Shown piece by piece: positions 12,956-26,400 of a stretch of DNA of 64,000 nucleotides; the first letter of the stretch is position 1, and each line of letters starts with the position of its first letter. This stretch comes from Catajapyx aquilonaris (taxonomy: Eukaryota). The stretch is taken from assembly GCA_000934665.2 (NCBI GenBank), contig KZ538138.1, positions 1 to 64,000 of the forward strand, read 5' to 3'. The notes below the pieces were generated by a model. That model was not told the origin of the DNA. It ran no database searches and saw nothing but the letters and a program-made list of their open reading frames with translations. The translations under genes were made by a program, and so were the position numbers.

Positions 12956-13140
12956 GAAGCAGTTTGGAGGAGTGGATAAGGTGTCCGACTCCTAATCGGG
13001 AGGTCCTGGGTTCGAGTCCCGGGGCCGGAAATCCTAACGGTGGTTTTCTGTGGTTTCCCACGGTCCCCCCATTCCGGAATTGCATCCTAAATAATAGGCC
13101 ACAGCCGCTTCCTTCCTTTCATATCCTTGTCCCGTCCATG
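12956..13140 (+). mobile_element. tRNA-Arg(CCT)-derived SINE (3' end uncertain, may extend to ~13260)
   Basis: A box TGGAGGAGTGG (12965), anticodon arm TCCGA-CTCCTAA-TCGGG, B box GGTTCGAGTCC (13009), no acceptor stem. Followed by a SINE-type body GGTTTTCTGTGGTTTCCC...AGGCCACAGCCGCTTCCTTCC. Confidence 0.85.
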
Positions 13141-14800
13141 AGGAGGTGCGTTGTCGGTGGGAGATTTCTGACCCGCATCTAGAGGGTCATCTTGAGGGAC
13201 TGCACACGACCCCCAACTTGAGACATTGCACCTGCACCAGTGTCCCCCCGACCTCATTATCTATATCCTGTCCCCTTGCACTGGAGGAAAGAAAAATACA
13301 TGAAAATTTATGGTGGTGTACCCCCCCCCNCCCCCCCCCCCAACATGGTCTACGTAGCCCTATCACGGGGCAAAACAATTTTTTAAAATGCGTTCAAAAA
13401 TAAAGTTTTAAGTTTGTGAAAATAACCACATTTTCAAATAAGCCTTTCTTTTGCCAAATAAGCACGCTACAATATTAACCTCCAGTTCTTACGCATGCAT
13501 GGACCAAAATGTAAAAACAAATTATAGCCTCCCCACGTTCTTAAGAAGTTGAACCTATAAAATATGAATGAGGCAAGGTGCGCGGGACATGGTGTTGAGG
13601 GGAATGGGAGTATCTGGCAAGATGGAAAGAGATGGGCACAGGCAGCACCAGCCTCGGAGGAAGCTTGATTCGGCGCAAGTAAATCCCCTCCGATTGGTGC
13701 ATTAATGTCCTGGGAAACGACGCCGGTATTTTTTATCCGTGGCCATAAATTATGCTCCCCCCAAGTTTTTTTTTTCCTTAAAGGGTTGCGCCGAGAAAAA
13801 CGCGGAAAGAGAGAGAGAGATCGAATAGCTTTCCGAGAAGCACGTCTTAAGTAAACAAAAATATGAGCGTCGAGCAAAGTCCCATTAATAAGGGAGGCAG
13901 GCGGCCTTAATTGCAGTGGGATAAGGCAGCAAGGAGAGGCGCTTCTTTGGAGAAACTCGACCCAGCCTTAACCTGAAAATATGGCAATGAACCCTTCTTC
14001 AAAAAAAAAAATTTTCCGTTCGCTTCAACCCGTCCAGTTCTTTCCTGCGAGCTTTGTGCCCTCGGTGCTGCTGCTTATGAGAGCTCATCTCGGCGGCCCA
14101 TTTCCTGGAGAGGGACCCTCGGGGCCGCTACATCAGACGCCCTTGGCCCTTCCCATGCATCCCCAATGCTTTTCACAATACCTGACCACTCAGGAGCGGC
14201 TCAGAAACTGAATGGAAATCTCCTCCTCAACCTCGTCACCTAGCTGCTGCAGCTTCCCTTGCTCTGATTTTATCTGCTGACTTTGCCACTTTCGAAGACC
14301 CTCCCCTGTGCAATTAAATGAGCAGGAGGAGGAGGAGGAGGAGGAGAAGATGGGAGTGAACCCACAAGATTACAATCCGGAATTTTTTGGGGAGAAGGGA
14401 GACCGATTACAAACCAGCCAAGTGGTTCATAATTTCCGGATAGTCTTTTATGGTTTTTTGGTTTTTACGAGAATTTGCCCATTTTTACGTGCGGGATCGG
14501 AGGAAGGAACTTTAATAACGCTTTGGTTTCGTAGGAGGATTCACGCTGGGGGTTAGAAGGGCTTTGGTATGAACCGAAAGTCTTGGGTTAGGTGGAAATA
14601 TTTTTTGAATTTACAATGCTGTTATTGAATTAAGTTATGAACTTTATTTCTGCAATTTTACAAGCATGCAAACCTTAGAAACTATTTCCAACCCTTGTTG
14701 AAAATTATGGTGAAAATACTAAGCATGTGTTGGCTTAATAAATTACAGACTGTCAGCATCTCTGCGCCTGACCATTCAGTCACTATTTGTTGCAGATGTA

Positions 14801-14944
14801 CTATAGGGCTCAAATGGTTTTGGATACTTTATCCGGGTCTTGAAGCAACCCTTCACACAGACACACACCTCCTCACCGTGGGGCCTGTGCGAAGGGTTGC
14901 TTCAAGACTAGGATGAAGTGGCCGAAACTAATCGAGACCGATAG
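14801..14944. mobile_element. Family B MITE (no nested insertion), TA-flanked
   Basis: Inverted arms CTATAGGGCTC...TCTTGAAGCAACCCTTC / GAAGGGTTGCTTCAAGA...GAGACCGATAG with TA on both sides and a CA-rich centre. Homologous to 58005-58470. Confidence 0.85.
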
Positions 14945-15526
14945 TACATGAAGATTTTATTATAGTATGTGATATAAAATGCAATGTTACTAAACCTACA
15001 GTAATTGTAATAAAATTTGTAACTAAAATGGCCCAAACTGAAAATTTCACATCACGCTATTTATGACCGGGTTAGAAATGACCCAACATGGCTAACATGA
15101 TTATTTAACGCAGGAGCTGTAAACAATTCAAAATTTTATGAATAGCCGTTAGCGGCACTTTTACGGTTATAATCCGGTTTGGGGAGGGCCGGTTCATCGA
15201 GTGTTCCTGTCTTACAAAAGCCCAGTATTGTCCTATGCAAATTGGGGTTGGAAATAACTGCGACATCCCATTTCCCGCACGCAGATATCATTTAAGCAGC
15301 TCGGCTCAGATTATAGCAATTGTCGCTGGCGGGTTGGAGGAAATTGCGTGGTTAAAATAAGGTCGTGTAGAGACTACACTCGGGTAAAAGCTGCCATGAC
15401 TTTAAACGTTTGCGAAGGGAAGGTACGTATATCCTGGAGGTCACGCCACCCTGCGAACAACAGAGGTTGAAGGGAAGCTCACGATAGTCAGGGTGACCTT
15501 TTCCTGCCACAATATTGCAGCCTACA

Positions 15527-15727
<201 letters not shown>

Positions 15728-15856
15728 GTGTATGCGTGTAATCATGTCATCTATTTCATCATCCCTCATCCATTATGCTCTCTGCGTGGCCTGGCCAGTC
15801 ACCAGAGGGTTCATTGTATCGGACAAACGAGATGGCCATACATAACTGGTCATCAC

Positions 15857-15901
15857 TGGCCACCCCGTAATGGGATCAAGGCCGTGACGAAATATGTATT
15901 A

Positions 15902-15977
<76 letters not shown>
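15857..15977 (+). mobile_element. Retroposon 3' end (RTE-like stem-loop plus (TTA)n tail)
   Basis: GCCACCCCGTAATGGGATCAAGGCCGTGA followed by (TTA)n. The same 20-mer occurs at 19382. Confidence 0.55.
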
Positions 15978-17755
15978 GTGACTGAAAGAGAGTTCCAGTG
16001 ATTATGTGCCTGTAATGGCTGCGTGTGAATTGGGATTGGCGAAAAGCAACGCCGCCACGTCAAAGCTTTTAGCTCGTGTCGTGGATAATGATCCCAATTA
16101 AGACTTAATTGGCATCTCTAGTTAGCGAGTCCCATGCCAATCGGCGGCGTTTGACTGAAACTGCCACTAAATGTAATCGGAGATTCCGTTAATGCCCATT
16201 TACAAATAGTTTGAAGCCAAGCCGAATTCCAATGAACTACCAACACGGTGAAACTGCACACAATGTTACGGAATAGTGCGTAGATAAGGACGTGGATAAA
16301 TGTTGACATAATGCTTCCAGGTCGGATTGAGGTACAGGGTGTGTCCGAAAATTTTCAACCATTTTTTTAGCTTCCGAAGCCGCGTGTACAGGACCTTCAC
16401 CGAGGCTGAGAAAGCAAAGTTGTTCCAAGTGGGGATCTTCCGGTATCTAAAGAGGGGGTTGGGGGTACAACTTGATGGCCAACTTGCCTAGTTTCTCACG
16501 CTAAAGTGAAGTGGGGGAAGGGATCCTTCCTCCTTTCCTCAGCTACGTTCGGCGGAAGGAAGCAAACTCTTGTCCTGGGCGGCCACATTTGCCTAATCGC
16601 CTCGGGCTCTGGGATTCCGGCAAGTGGCCGTGTGGTCACGAAGCGGGATTTGTCAGCAACAACTTGACTCAGCCTGGGTCAACATCCAAAGTCGGTCTGA
16701 AACGAACTGCCGACTGAATAGGGCTGCTTGAGGGGGGGTGTTCGGTCAGACACTCTCTAGAAAAGTGGGGAGAGGAGCAGGGGGGTAGTGATGCACCAAA
16801 GAGGATTTTGTTTCAGGGTATGAGGTAGAGGGGAGGGTTAGGTTTCATTAGCTGGCGGGAGTCCGGCAGAAACTTTATGCTCGGGAAAACTTATCAACGT
16901 TAATTTTAATTTGTTGAGCATATAGCCGCTTTGTGCTCCGTTCGCTGCGACCCTAACACGATTAAAGTTATTGATTGCGCGCCAAGTCGAGTGTACATAA
17001 TTAAAATAATTAACCCGCGATTATGATGATTTACACTATTAAAGGGGGCCCCGTAGCTGGGAGCCTTGTTTTGCGCTAAGCCCGCAAGATTAGGCTTTGT
17101 AATTCGGTGGAAAAATTCACAGCCTATTAGGCAGGCGGCGTATGTTAAAGTAGATTTATAATGCGCGCTAAAAGAGATATTAGAGTAATAAAAGTGGGAA
17201 CTGGCGAAAACCACCCAAGCTGCTGTGCGAACTGGATGGTTGGTTTGAGGCCCCGGGGCGAAGGATTTACTGCCTCCAACCCGTCTCGACTGCATCTTTG
17301 CTGCGAGGGAAAGTAACCCCCTTCGCTCAAAAAAAGAGAGGAAATATATATAAAAAAGAGAGAGAGAGAGAGAGGGAGAGAGGGGTGGAGGTAACTGACT
17401 TGAATCCCCCTGAGGCTGGACCCCAGCTTGGAACTGCAAAATCCGGCCACCCAGCCACACTCGTATATTCGCCACCCTGGGGCTAAACGCCCAAATAAAA
17501 CTCTTGTTAGTTCTACCTCATACTGGGGCAATGCCTCTCCCCTATAGGCACCCTAAGTCCCTATTGCTGCCTATTTTGAAAAAAATTGATCGTCAGTCGC
17601 CTGCCCTTCCTATTCCAAAAGTGCTATGAACTACGTCATATCCTTTGTAACTATTTCGTCGTGTAATAATTAGGCATACCTGACAGGCACATGCCCTTTA
17701 AGGAGAATTACACTATAGGGATAAACATGACTTGTATATTTCAGCTCTGAAGGTA

Positions 17756-18023
17756 GAGTGCTGGACATTAATCGCGTCATACTGCTTGCGACATTTTCTG
17801 ATGCGGCAGACTTGCAAATCGAAGTGATAGAGTGTGAGCCGTGCCAGTAAGAAGAGGTAGGCCTTGAGTGACGCCACCAGCTGGGGGGAAATTGAGATTG
17901 TCCCCAGCCAGTGAAGGGCTACCATTTCTTACTCGCACGGCTCATACTCTATCACTTCGATTTGCAAGTCTGCCGCATCAGAAAATGTCGCAAGCAGTAT
18001 GACGCGATTAATGTCCAACACTG
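17756..18023. mobile_element. Family D Tc1/mariner-type MITE, copy 1
   Basis: ~100-bp inverted arms, terminus (C/G)AGTG...CACTG, TA on both sides. Homologous to 30270 and 57215. Confidence 0.92.
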
Positions 18024-19090
18024 TACCAGATTACTTAGCAGGATTAGCGCTGTAGTTGTAGGAAGAAAATCTTTAATATAGAAGCGGTCCCCTCCTGAGA
18101 CTAGAGCTATATCAGGATAAGGCTAGTTTGAAGAAAAAAATGTCGTCGGCGAATGAGTTTCATCCCGATTTCAGGCTCGCTTTATCTCTTGCTTCTTCTC
18201 CCCCTATCCCGTGTGTCCAAGTCATCGTCTCTCAAGGGGCGAAGGAGGGAAGGGGGAGGCCGGCTGATCCTTGATGAGTAATGATGTTCGTCCAGCCTTT
18301 ATAGTTTTTCTTGGGACGGCGATAAAGGGAAAGCATGGAGGGAAGTACGGAAGGAAGGAGGAAGGAGAGGGAGGGTAAGAAAGAGTGAGCGATTCTGGAG
18401 CTGGGCCCAGAAGAAAATCGCGAGAGTGGTGCCAGGACAGGAAGTGGGTTGACCTGCTGCACAGCCCGAGATTGGCACCAATCTTCCGCCCACGACATTC
18501 CGACACTTAACGGCTTCAAGGGAGCAAGTGGGGTGTCTGGCCGGACTCATAACTCGCTATGTTTCCTGATTGCTCATTAGGAAAGAATCGGTGCACTCCG
18601 CCTCTCAATGATTTACACCCTCTCATTATAAAGTTTTTAAAAACACCTGTGACTGGTTAACACCCACCGAGAGGTAAAGTGCACGGTTCCAGAAAAAATT
18701 GCAAAAATTCTAATAAACACCATCTTTGCTAGGAATATGTTGTTTTGGTATTTGGCCTAGCATTGAAATTAATTAAAGTGGTTTTAATTTGTTGTGAGTC
18801 GGCCTATATGATGCAGTGTGCCTCTGTGTGCTGGTGATTACATTCAAGTCAGCGCAGGACGGCGAATTCCCCATTTGGATAAAATTTGATGACATGTAAA
18901 TGCTCTGCAGAGTAATTAATGACCGCCAGGGATATTTTTTGTTTGAAACTAGTTAATTAAATTTTTTGAGTTAAAAACAATTCGATGCACAGGTAAATCG
19001 TTCGGCAGGAACTGATGAGCGAAACCAAACATATATAAACGTGATGTTAGGTACAGCCCTCGGGTTTCACTTTCAGCATCATTGATAGTA

Positions 19091-19225
19091 CAGTAGTTGA
19101 AACAGCCTCGAAAGGCCGGTCCCGTCGTACCTCCATATATGACTTTTGTATTCGACTATAACAGACCTTGGTTATAACCGACTGATTTCCGCGGCCATTC
19201 TGTCCGTTATATCCTGATTCAACTG
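19091..19225. mobile_element. Degenerate pogo/Tigger-like MITE
   Basis: Minus strand starts TA|CAGTTGAATCAGGATATAACG and contains repeated GTTATA and GGGACC motifs. The other end is TA|CAGTAGTTGAAAC. Confidence 0.6.
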
Positions 19226-19381
19226 TACTGTATATATAGTATTTGACATCATGATTAGCTGTCACTTCATTTTTTAACCATGTGGAGAATATATTATGGT
19301 GTTTATGTTTTTTAATTAACTTCACAGTGACGCTTGCAGCACACGCTTTGTAATACTACTTCAATAATAGTTGTCGTTATT

Positions 19382-19427
19382 TAATGGGATCAAGGCCGTG
19401 ATGTATTGTTATTGTATTACTATTGTT
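19382..19427 (+). mobile_element. Severely 5'-truncated retroposon 3' end
   Basis: TAATGGGATCAAGGCCGTGA identical to 15868-15887, followed by a degenerate TATTG/TTA tail. Confidence 0.5.
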
Positions 19428-20209
19428 AAAGCTGCTTTATTATGCGAGCTTCTTGTCACCATGACAACTGTCAGAGAGCAACTATAGCTCCTATCAAACT
19501 TGACTGAAGCCGCAAGCATTCCTCTCTTTAAATGTCAAAGAAAAGCCTCATCTGTGAGTACCATTAAGATTCACAATTCTGGAAACCGCTAGATACCAAG
19601 AGGCCGCAAACATCCCCTTAAAGTACCCTCGTTTTTATCCAGAACAGTGAGAATCTCTCTTTTCTCTCTCTTTCTCCCTCTCCCTCTCCCTCTCTCTCCA
19701 TCCAGCAGCAGTAGGTTGACAGAATCGAGCAATTCTTGGCAAGAGTGTAGGCAGGGGCGGCGGGAAGAGTCGTCAGGATGTGGTCTGAAAAAGCGGAAAA
19801 AGCAACACGTGCCAAAAAGTGGTGTGGGTGCAAGCAGGAAGGCAATGCGCCATGCACAATGGCGTCAAACGACGGAGAAGTTTCTTTTCAGGTCGTTCCG
19901 CCATTTTCCGGCAGAACGCACTCCGAGTGCCAGCTAGATCCGGCTGACAGATCCGCTCAGGCGAATCTGCGCCGGATCACCTCTCTCTCTCTCTCTCTCT
20001 GGCAAAAAGAGGGAGGGGGGTTACGGGGTGGTTCAAAACTTGGGGGGATGAACGTGTATTTAAAGTGCATTCTCAGAGTAATGCATTTTTTTAAGACACT
20101 AGACCAGAAGGAGAACATTCCTAATATACCTTCAACGCCCTAGAACGACGGGGCATCGCACTTTGCATCAACCACATCTAGCGGTTGATGGGCTCTACCA
20201 AGGGGTTAA

Positions 20210-20491
20210 CTACTCGACTGTAAAGTGTACACTGGAGTACCAAATTCAAGGAGTACCAAGGAGTACCAAAGAGTAAAGTACCTAAGGAGTACCTGGGAGT
20301 ACAAAGAGTAAAGTACCTAAGGAGTACCTGGGAGTACCAAAGAGTAAAGTACCTAAGGAGTACCTGGGAGTACCAACGAGTAAAGTACCTAAGGAGTACC
20401 TGGGAGTACCAAAGAGTAAAGTACCTGGGAGTACCAAAGAGTAAAGTACCTGGGATAACCACTGCAGGTGTACACCTGAGTACCAAAGTGG
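20210..20491. mobile_element. TTAA-flanked (piggyBac-like) element containing a 36-bp tandem repeat
   Basis: TTAA at 20206-20209 and 20492-20495, termini CTACT.../...AGTGG, and GTGTACAC near both ends. Internal unit GAGTAAAGTACCTAAGGAGTACCTGGGAGTACCAAA. The repeat is certain; the element class is inferred. Confidence 0.55.
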
Positions 20492-23400
20492 TTAATCCAT
20501 TGGGTTCCACAGACGTTCTACAAGACGTTCCCAAATTATGGCTTCAGCAGTGATACTATTATGTATGTAAAAATGGCAAGCCCCCGACATAGTGTTTCAA
20601 CTTTAAGAGCACAGGTCGTAGAACTCTGCAAGTACAGCAACTCTGGTCAACCCTGCAGTGCAGAGAGAGGAAACTATATGGTGGAGTCAGACTCATAATA
20701 ATACAGTAATGCAAGCCAGAGCCGGCGGAGTTGAGGAGTGGTAGTCTTTCCAGCTGATGTGTCTGCTGGCATCCGCGGGTTTTACGGTGTGTTTCATTAG
20801 CGTGTAACAATCTGTTGCGGGGGAAGGGAAACGAGGCGCCAAATCATGTCCAGCAGGGCGGGTTATGGTGTGCGCACACGATAAGCATGTCTGTTGGCAG
20901 CTGCAGAGATATTCCGTTTACTTGCTGAATGTGGCCGCAGGAGGAAATACCTCCAAAACACGCAATGCCTTCAGGCCAGTCTTTGTTGACAAGGGGCACG
21001 TGCATACTTCACATGCTTTTTGTCGTGTCACCCCCAGCCAGACAAGACATGCTGGGGACATAATGCAGTTCCATGGAATCCTACTGCAGGATGTACCATA
21101 TGTTTTTTTTACTAGTGTAGTAGTGTAATTAAAATTAATTAAGCCTTCCGAAATAACATGTACTATTGTGACCAGTATGTGCATTCGCAGCAAAAGCATC
21201 GGGAGGGTTTGAACACGTCGGCTTGCAATGGAGACATTTTTATCCCGTCGTTCCCCCGGCTGGAAATGAGGCTGGAAGATACAAACGTGATAAATTATTG
21301 TGTGCACTTAGGCAGTTATCTGCATAAATGAAATGAAAGCTCGCTAGCGGAAAGCGGTTTGAGGAATGGATGTTCATGTAGGAGCATAAATTGAGCTCAC
21401 AAAAGGTGGTGTTTCCCGTCGGGCTCGTTGAGTGGATCGTGTGCATTAGGTGCATTAGATACCCCCCCCCCNAAAAGCCGACGCGGCCGCAAATAATTAC
21501 GAATAGTTTTTCCCAGTTGTTATGCGCTGGGAGCTTGCTTTTTGGAAACATTTTTCGAGACAAATGGCTCGGCGAATGTCGCCGGGGATTTATGCGGCGC
21601 ATAGCTAGCGGACCGTAAAATATCCGCTGGCATTAATTCTGGATGTGTTGCAATAAGGGGGAGGCTAGGGATGTGCCGAAGGTACGGTGGAACCATGTCA
21701 AAATATATTTTTCGACCTACAGTCTGTTAAGCCAAAGAACGATCTGACGTCACGTTGAGCCCGCCTCCACCCGGCGCATGCCCAGAACACACGGCTGGTG
21801 TGACGTCAGTGGTGCAATACAGCTGAGGGATTTTCCCCCAAAAATGTAACATTTTGGCGGGCTCGTTTGAATGCGGTCTCAGAATATGAGAATCTGCCAG
21901 GTGGCAAATTTGCCTGAGAATCGCCAAACTTTTGGCCAAATTTGGATAGTTTTGAGGTCGACAAAAGGTTCAGTGTCGCGAACCGGGCTCCCTCTTTTTT
22001 TCCCTTCCTCTTTTCCTTCCCATTTTGTCTTGTCTTTCTCTTGATTTCTTCCTTGTTCCGCGCCGTCACGCAAAACCGCCAACTTACACCATGCAGCTCG
22101 CAGCTCAGATTTGCACCTTCAATTTGGTCTTCCGACTCTCGCGTGACCCGAATGAACTCCTAGAAAACGATTTTGCGAGAAAAAAAAGAAGGAAAAAAGA
22201 AACAGCGGGGAGGTTTGTGTCGCTTCATGCTTGGTATTTATTCATAAGGGAGGAATATGAATGTGGAATTATTCAAGGGAACGATTGAACATTTTGTTGG
22301 GCTTGTCAGACGTAATGTGAAAAATTGGTGTAATTATGACTGTACGTCCATGAGTTATTAACGATGAGAAAATGGTTTTTAATTGGAAAAATAGCTGCCG
22401 AATTTATGGAATGGTGAATGATGGTGTTCTAATTTTTCTAAAATATGTAAAGGTATTCATGATATCCAACAATCTTGCTAGGTAATGTGGCTGGGAACAT
22501 TTATCATAATATATCTCATGATGACATACCGGTATTAACCGAGTGCAAAAATACAGTGCCGCTGGATTGTTGGTTGTATTATAATAATTTGAAATCGTTG
22601 CAGTGCCACTAATTTAGTCCGATAAACAAGGTAGGTCGTTCAATAACAAAATATATGTATGTTTTGTAATCAAAAATCACAACCAACTACTCGTGTGTAG
22701 AATATGGCTCTATATTAATATTTTTCAATCGAAAGGTAAATACTGTGAATTACTGCACAGTGTAACGTTTGACTATGAGTGAGCAAAATGTAACATTAAG
22801 TTGTCGATCATACTGCTAATCTTAATCTGCGGTTTTAACCAACCCAAAACTCACACATGCATAGACCACACCCATTCACGTGTAATCTAAGTGGCCGACA
22901 TTATAATTAATTAAAATACGGATCACATGGAACATCGCAAAGTTTCGCATTGACGCGTGTAAAAAAAAGTACGCGTAAATTAATCAGTTTTTTTTGCGAC
23001 CTGTATTTATCATTTTGGAAATTTGAAACTGGTGAGTGGACGGGTTTGTTACCCCAGGGGAAAAGTGTACTGTAAAAGCAAGTGAGCGTTATTGGAAGCA
23101 GCAAATTCCGGTCGGAAGCTTCACATCAACGCGAACCAACGAGTTGCTAGCTGGGGAAAAATTATCCGATTTGCTCGCTCCCGATACAGGGCAGAGGTTG
23201 TTGAGCATTAATTCGCTCCCCTCCCTATATGCCCCCTCCCCCTCTTTCCCCTGAAAACCTCGTTAAAAAATTGGCATGTGCATGTCACGAGCAGCTGTAA
23301 CAAGTCTTAGAATTCCCCTGCATGGGCAAAGGTCTGGTTGCCTCCTTTTTGTTCTTCTTCTTCTTCCTTGTTCCGCCCCCGACTCCAATTTTCCGCTCGG

Positions 23401-26400
23401 CTTGCTTTCTCACGGCAGGGCCCTTCAAAAAACACTTGAAGCACTGTAGCCTCCCCCCATCGGCTTCAACTGCCGCTCTTCCCCATGCCTGTCATTGCTC
23501 AGCTTCGTACGACTCGTTTTCTTGCCAGGCCAGAAGAGACTTTGGGATAAAGTTGAGCAAAGGAAAGGTACTCATCAGTAAGAATAATACCCTTTTGTGA
23601 TATGCGATCGGACTCGGACTGGACCCAAAGATGGCTGTCGGAACAAGTGGAGACTTCAAACGATGGCGTCCTGTACTAGCACTAATGATGCAGACTATAA
23701 ACAGACTCAGTGCAGGCTTTGCAGTGTGGCGGGAAAGGGTTTGTACAGGATGATTGATTTATCTATTCTTGGGAGCCAGTTGACCGACCTGGAGGGAAAG
23801 ATATTTATCCTGCCGGGCGAAGGCTCCACGAAAGGAGTTAAATCAATCACCCTGTTTATGTTGAGGATGGAATGGGGAGTGGTGGGCCTTATGGGTAGAT
23901 TAGGATGGGAGGAGGATCTAGTTTAACAAACCATGTACGTCATTTCATGAAGAGTGTTTTTCTGAGTAATAAGGACCAGTTTTTGTTTGCATACTGGATC
24001 GAACTTGCAGTTTAAGTTATCTCAGACAGACGATTGGCAGTAATACAATAGGTACCTCTCAGTTCCTGCACATTACTTGGAGTAAGTCACACTAATAAAC
24101 AAGATATGGCGAGAGTGATGGGTACGTTATTGCCACCATCTTGCTTTGAGTGAGGTGCTTCAAGTACTCGTTATTCTGAGAGTTATGTGCCTGAAAAGAC
24201 TCAGACGCCTACGGTGCAGATTGAAACGACTCTTTTCATACAGAGTATAACAAGTTGTTCTTACTCGACCTCTGCGAATAACATCGCATATTTTTTGGTG
24301 CACATCCCCGAGCAAGTTACAAAATTCATACTCTCGGTATACGCGCTGGGTTATTTGCTACATTTCCGCCCCGCATGTATAGAGTAGACGTGAGAGCAAT
24401 GTAGTCCTGAAGCAGTGTAGCGAGCGGAAGGCGGTGATCATTGCAGAGCAACCACTGCATTTTGCAGTACAACAGCCTTGTCGGTACGTGTATTCCAACT
24501 CAGCTACTTGTGTGACACGGGCACCTGTCATGTACTTCGGTGCAGCAAAAAAAGTATACGACAACAAATCAGGGGAGGCCCTCCCCAGTCACCACACCCG
24601 CGCTCATTTCCACAGATTGACGAGATAACTCTGCGGACTACCCATGAAGTTTTGCACGATTTTTAAATTGAGGGTTGGAAACATGTTTCGCCCTCCGGCC
24701 CTTTCTGTTCAACGTCCTGGAGTATTTGAAAATGCCAAGGGCGGTATTATTTTGGGCGGACTCGCATTTTTTGGTCAGTTGAATCTGAGCGGGGAGCTGC
24801 TGATGAAAGGACACCGCTTTTCATGTGCATTCCGCTTCGTCTAATTACGTCGTCTGATGTATACGGCGGGTGATACTGAATTTTTGAATCTAGATCCAGC
24901 CTACATGAGCCTTGCTGATTAGTAATTTCTGAGATGACCCACATTCCTTGCCCCTTTACAGTTAACGCTGTACAGTGAGGTGTTGTATTATTTTGCAGTT
25001 TTACATTTTATGTCAAATAAGCTCCATCCCCCATTCTGTTTGTAATCAGCTATATAACTAACATGTAATCAAAAAGGATTATTGATGTTAGTTGCATCCA
25101 GCAACCATGGCTATATCATCAGTGTGCTGGTGCGAAATCAGGAGCGAAACGGCGGCACTAGTTTCTGTTTGGTAGGAGGCTGCGGCACGCCGAGGCTATT
25201 GCACTGAGACGAGCGGTAAAGCGTCTTATTATGTTGACTTATGGCATATTAGGAAGGCAGTTAGTGGTTCTCTGGCGGAGGCGGCCAGATGGCAAGTCGT
25301 GAAATCAAGATGAGCGGCTTGGAGCTCTGATTTGAGCCGAGGCTGGAACCCGCTGGAAACAGCTTGCGGGTGGACCCTCCAATTCTTTTGCATATGGGCC
25401 TATATATGGGAGAGGCTGCCAATAGAGCAATTGAGTGGACCAGTTCTTCGAGCGAGATATGGGTGTAAAATGAGGATGGAGATAGGACTGAAGGTATTTG
25501 TCGTCGACTGGAGCAACTTTCTTCGATTGGCTCGTGACTCGTTAGGAAATCTTAATCAGGAGAATCGTTAGGGGAGCAAGAGGAAAGGCAATATCGGTCT
25601 CCCTAGAGCTGTGAGAATCGGTGCCAATAACTCAGTGGTTGGTGCTGGAGGAAGGAATGGAGCGACAGACACTCCCTGGGATGGCCTTCCTTCTGCGGCT
25701 CCCATCCAGATTCCCGCTGGCCATTCGATAATGGCTGGGATGGGTAGGTAAACATTTAGGAGGTGTGTAAGGCTGAATGCGCGAGTGGAGTTGCCGCTAA
25801 TTAAATCTGCCTGGCTGCTGGCCTCGCCTGTGCTGCTCGGGGGACAAGCTAATTATTCGCGACTAATCGCCGGGAATTCTTGGCGCCACCACCACTACAT
25901 GCTGCCCACATGAATAATAGAGAGACACATTCATCAAGTGGTCGCATCAACGCCCGTTTTCAAGGGGAAAACGCCAGAATTGTTGCAAGTATTGGCTGCG
26001 ATTACGCCATCCCCGCCAGATGTTTCTGAAACAATATTGCGCCGCCAGGTATTAAAATCAGACGTCAGACCTTTTTTTTTTAAAAAAAAAGGTCGGGTTT
26101 AATTAGCGTGCGTAATTAAAATGAGTAAAAAATGTCCGTCTGGTGTATAAAAATTAATATAAAGCGGAGAATTTTTGCATATGAATTTTTCGGGGGTTTC
26201 ATATCGCCAGGGTATGCCACATCTGGTTCGTGCAGGTATTGGCGCAAACATATTGAATGGTCACGCATGTTTCAAAGGGGCAGTTTTTCAGTTGACAACA
26301 CGCAAAGAATGCGTGAAGCGAATGGCAAGTGCGCGTCATTAGTGTATAGTGTATAGTGCGGCACGATGTCCTCTTTACTGCCGGTACTTGTGCCGGGGTA

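Noticed and set aside
12956..13030. Functional tRNA-Arg gene
   Set aside because: No acceptor-stem pairing, and it runs directly into a SINE-type body.
16906..17475. Longest ORF (189 aa) as a gene
   Set aside because: It crosses a (GA)n tract, has no recognisable domain, and overlaps equally unconvincing ORFs.
20178..20534. Repetitive protein (LLRYFTLWYSQV)n
   Set aside because: An artefact of the 36-bp tandem repeat.
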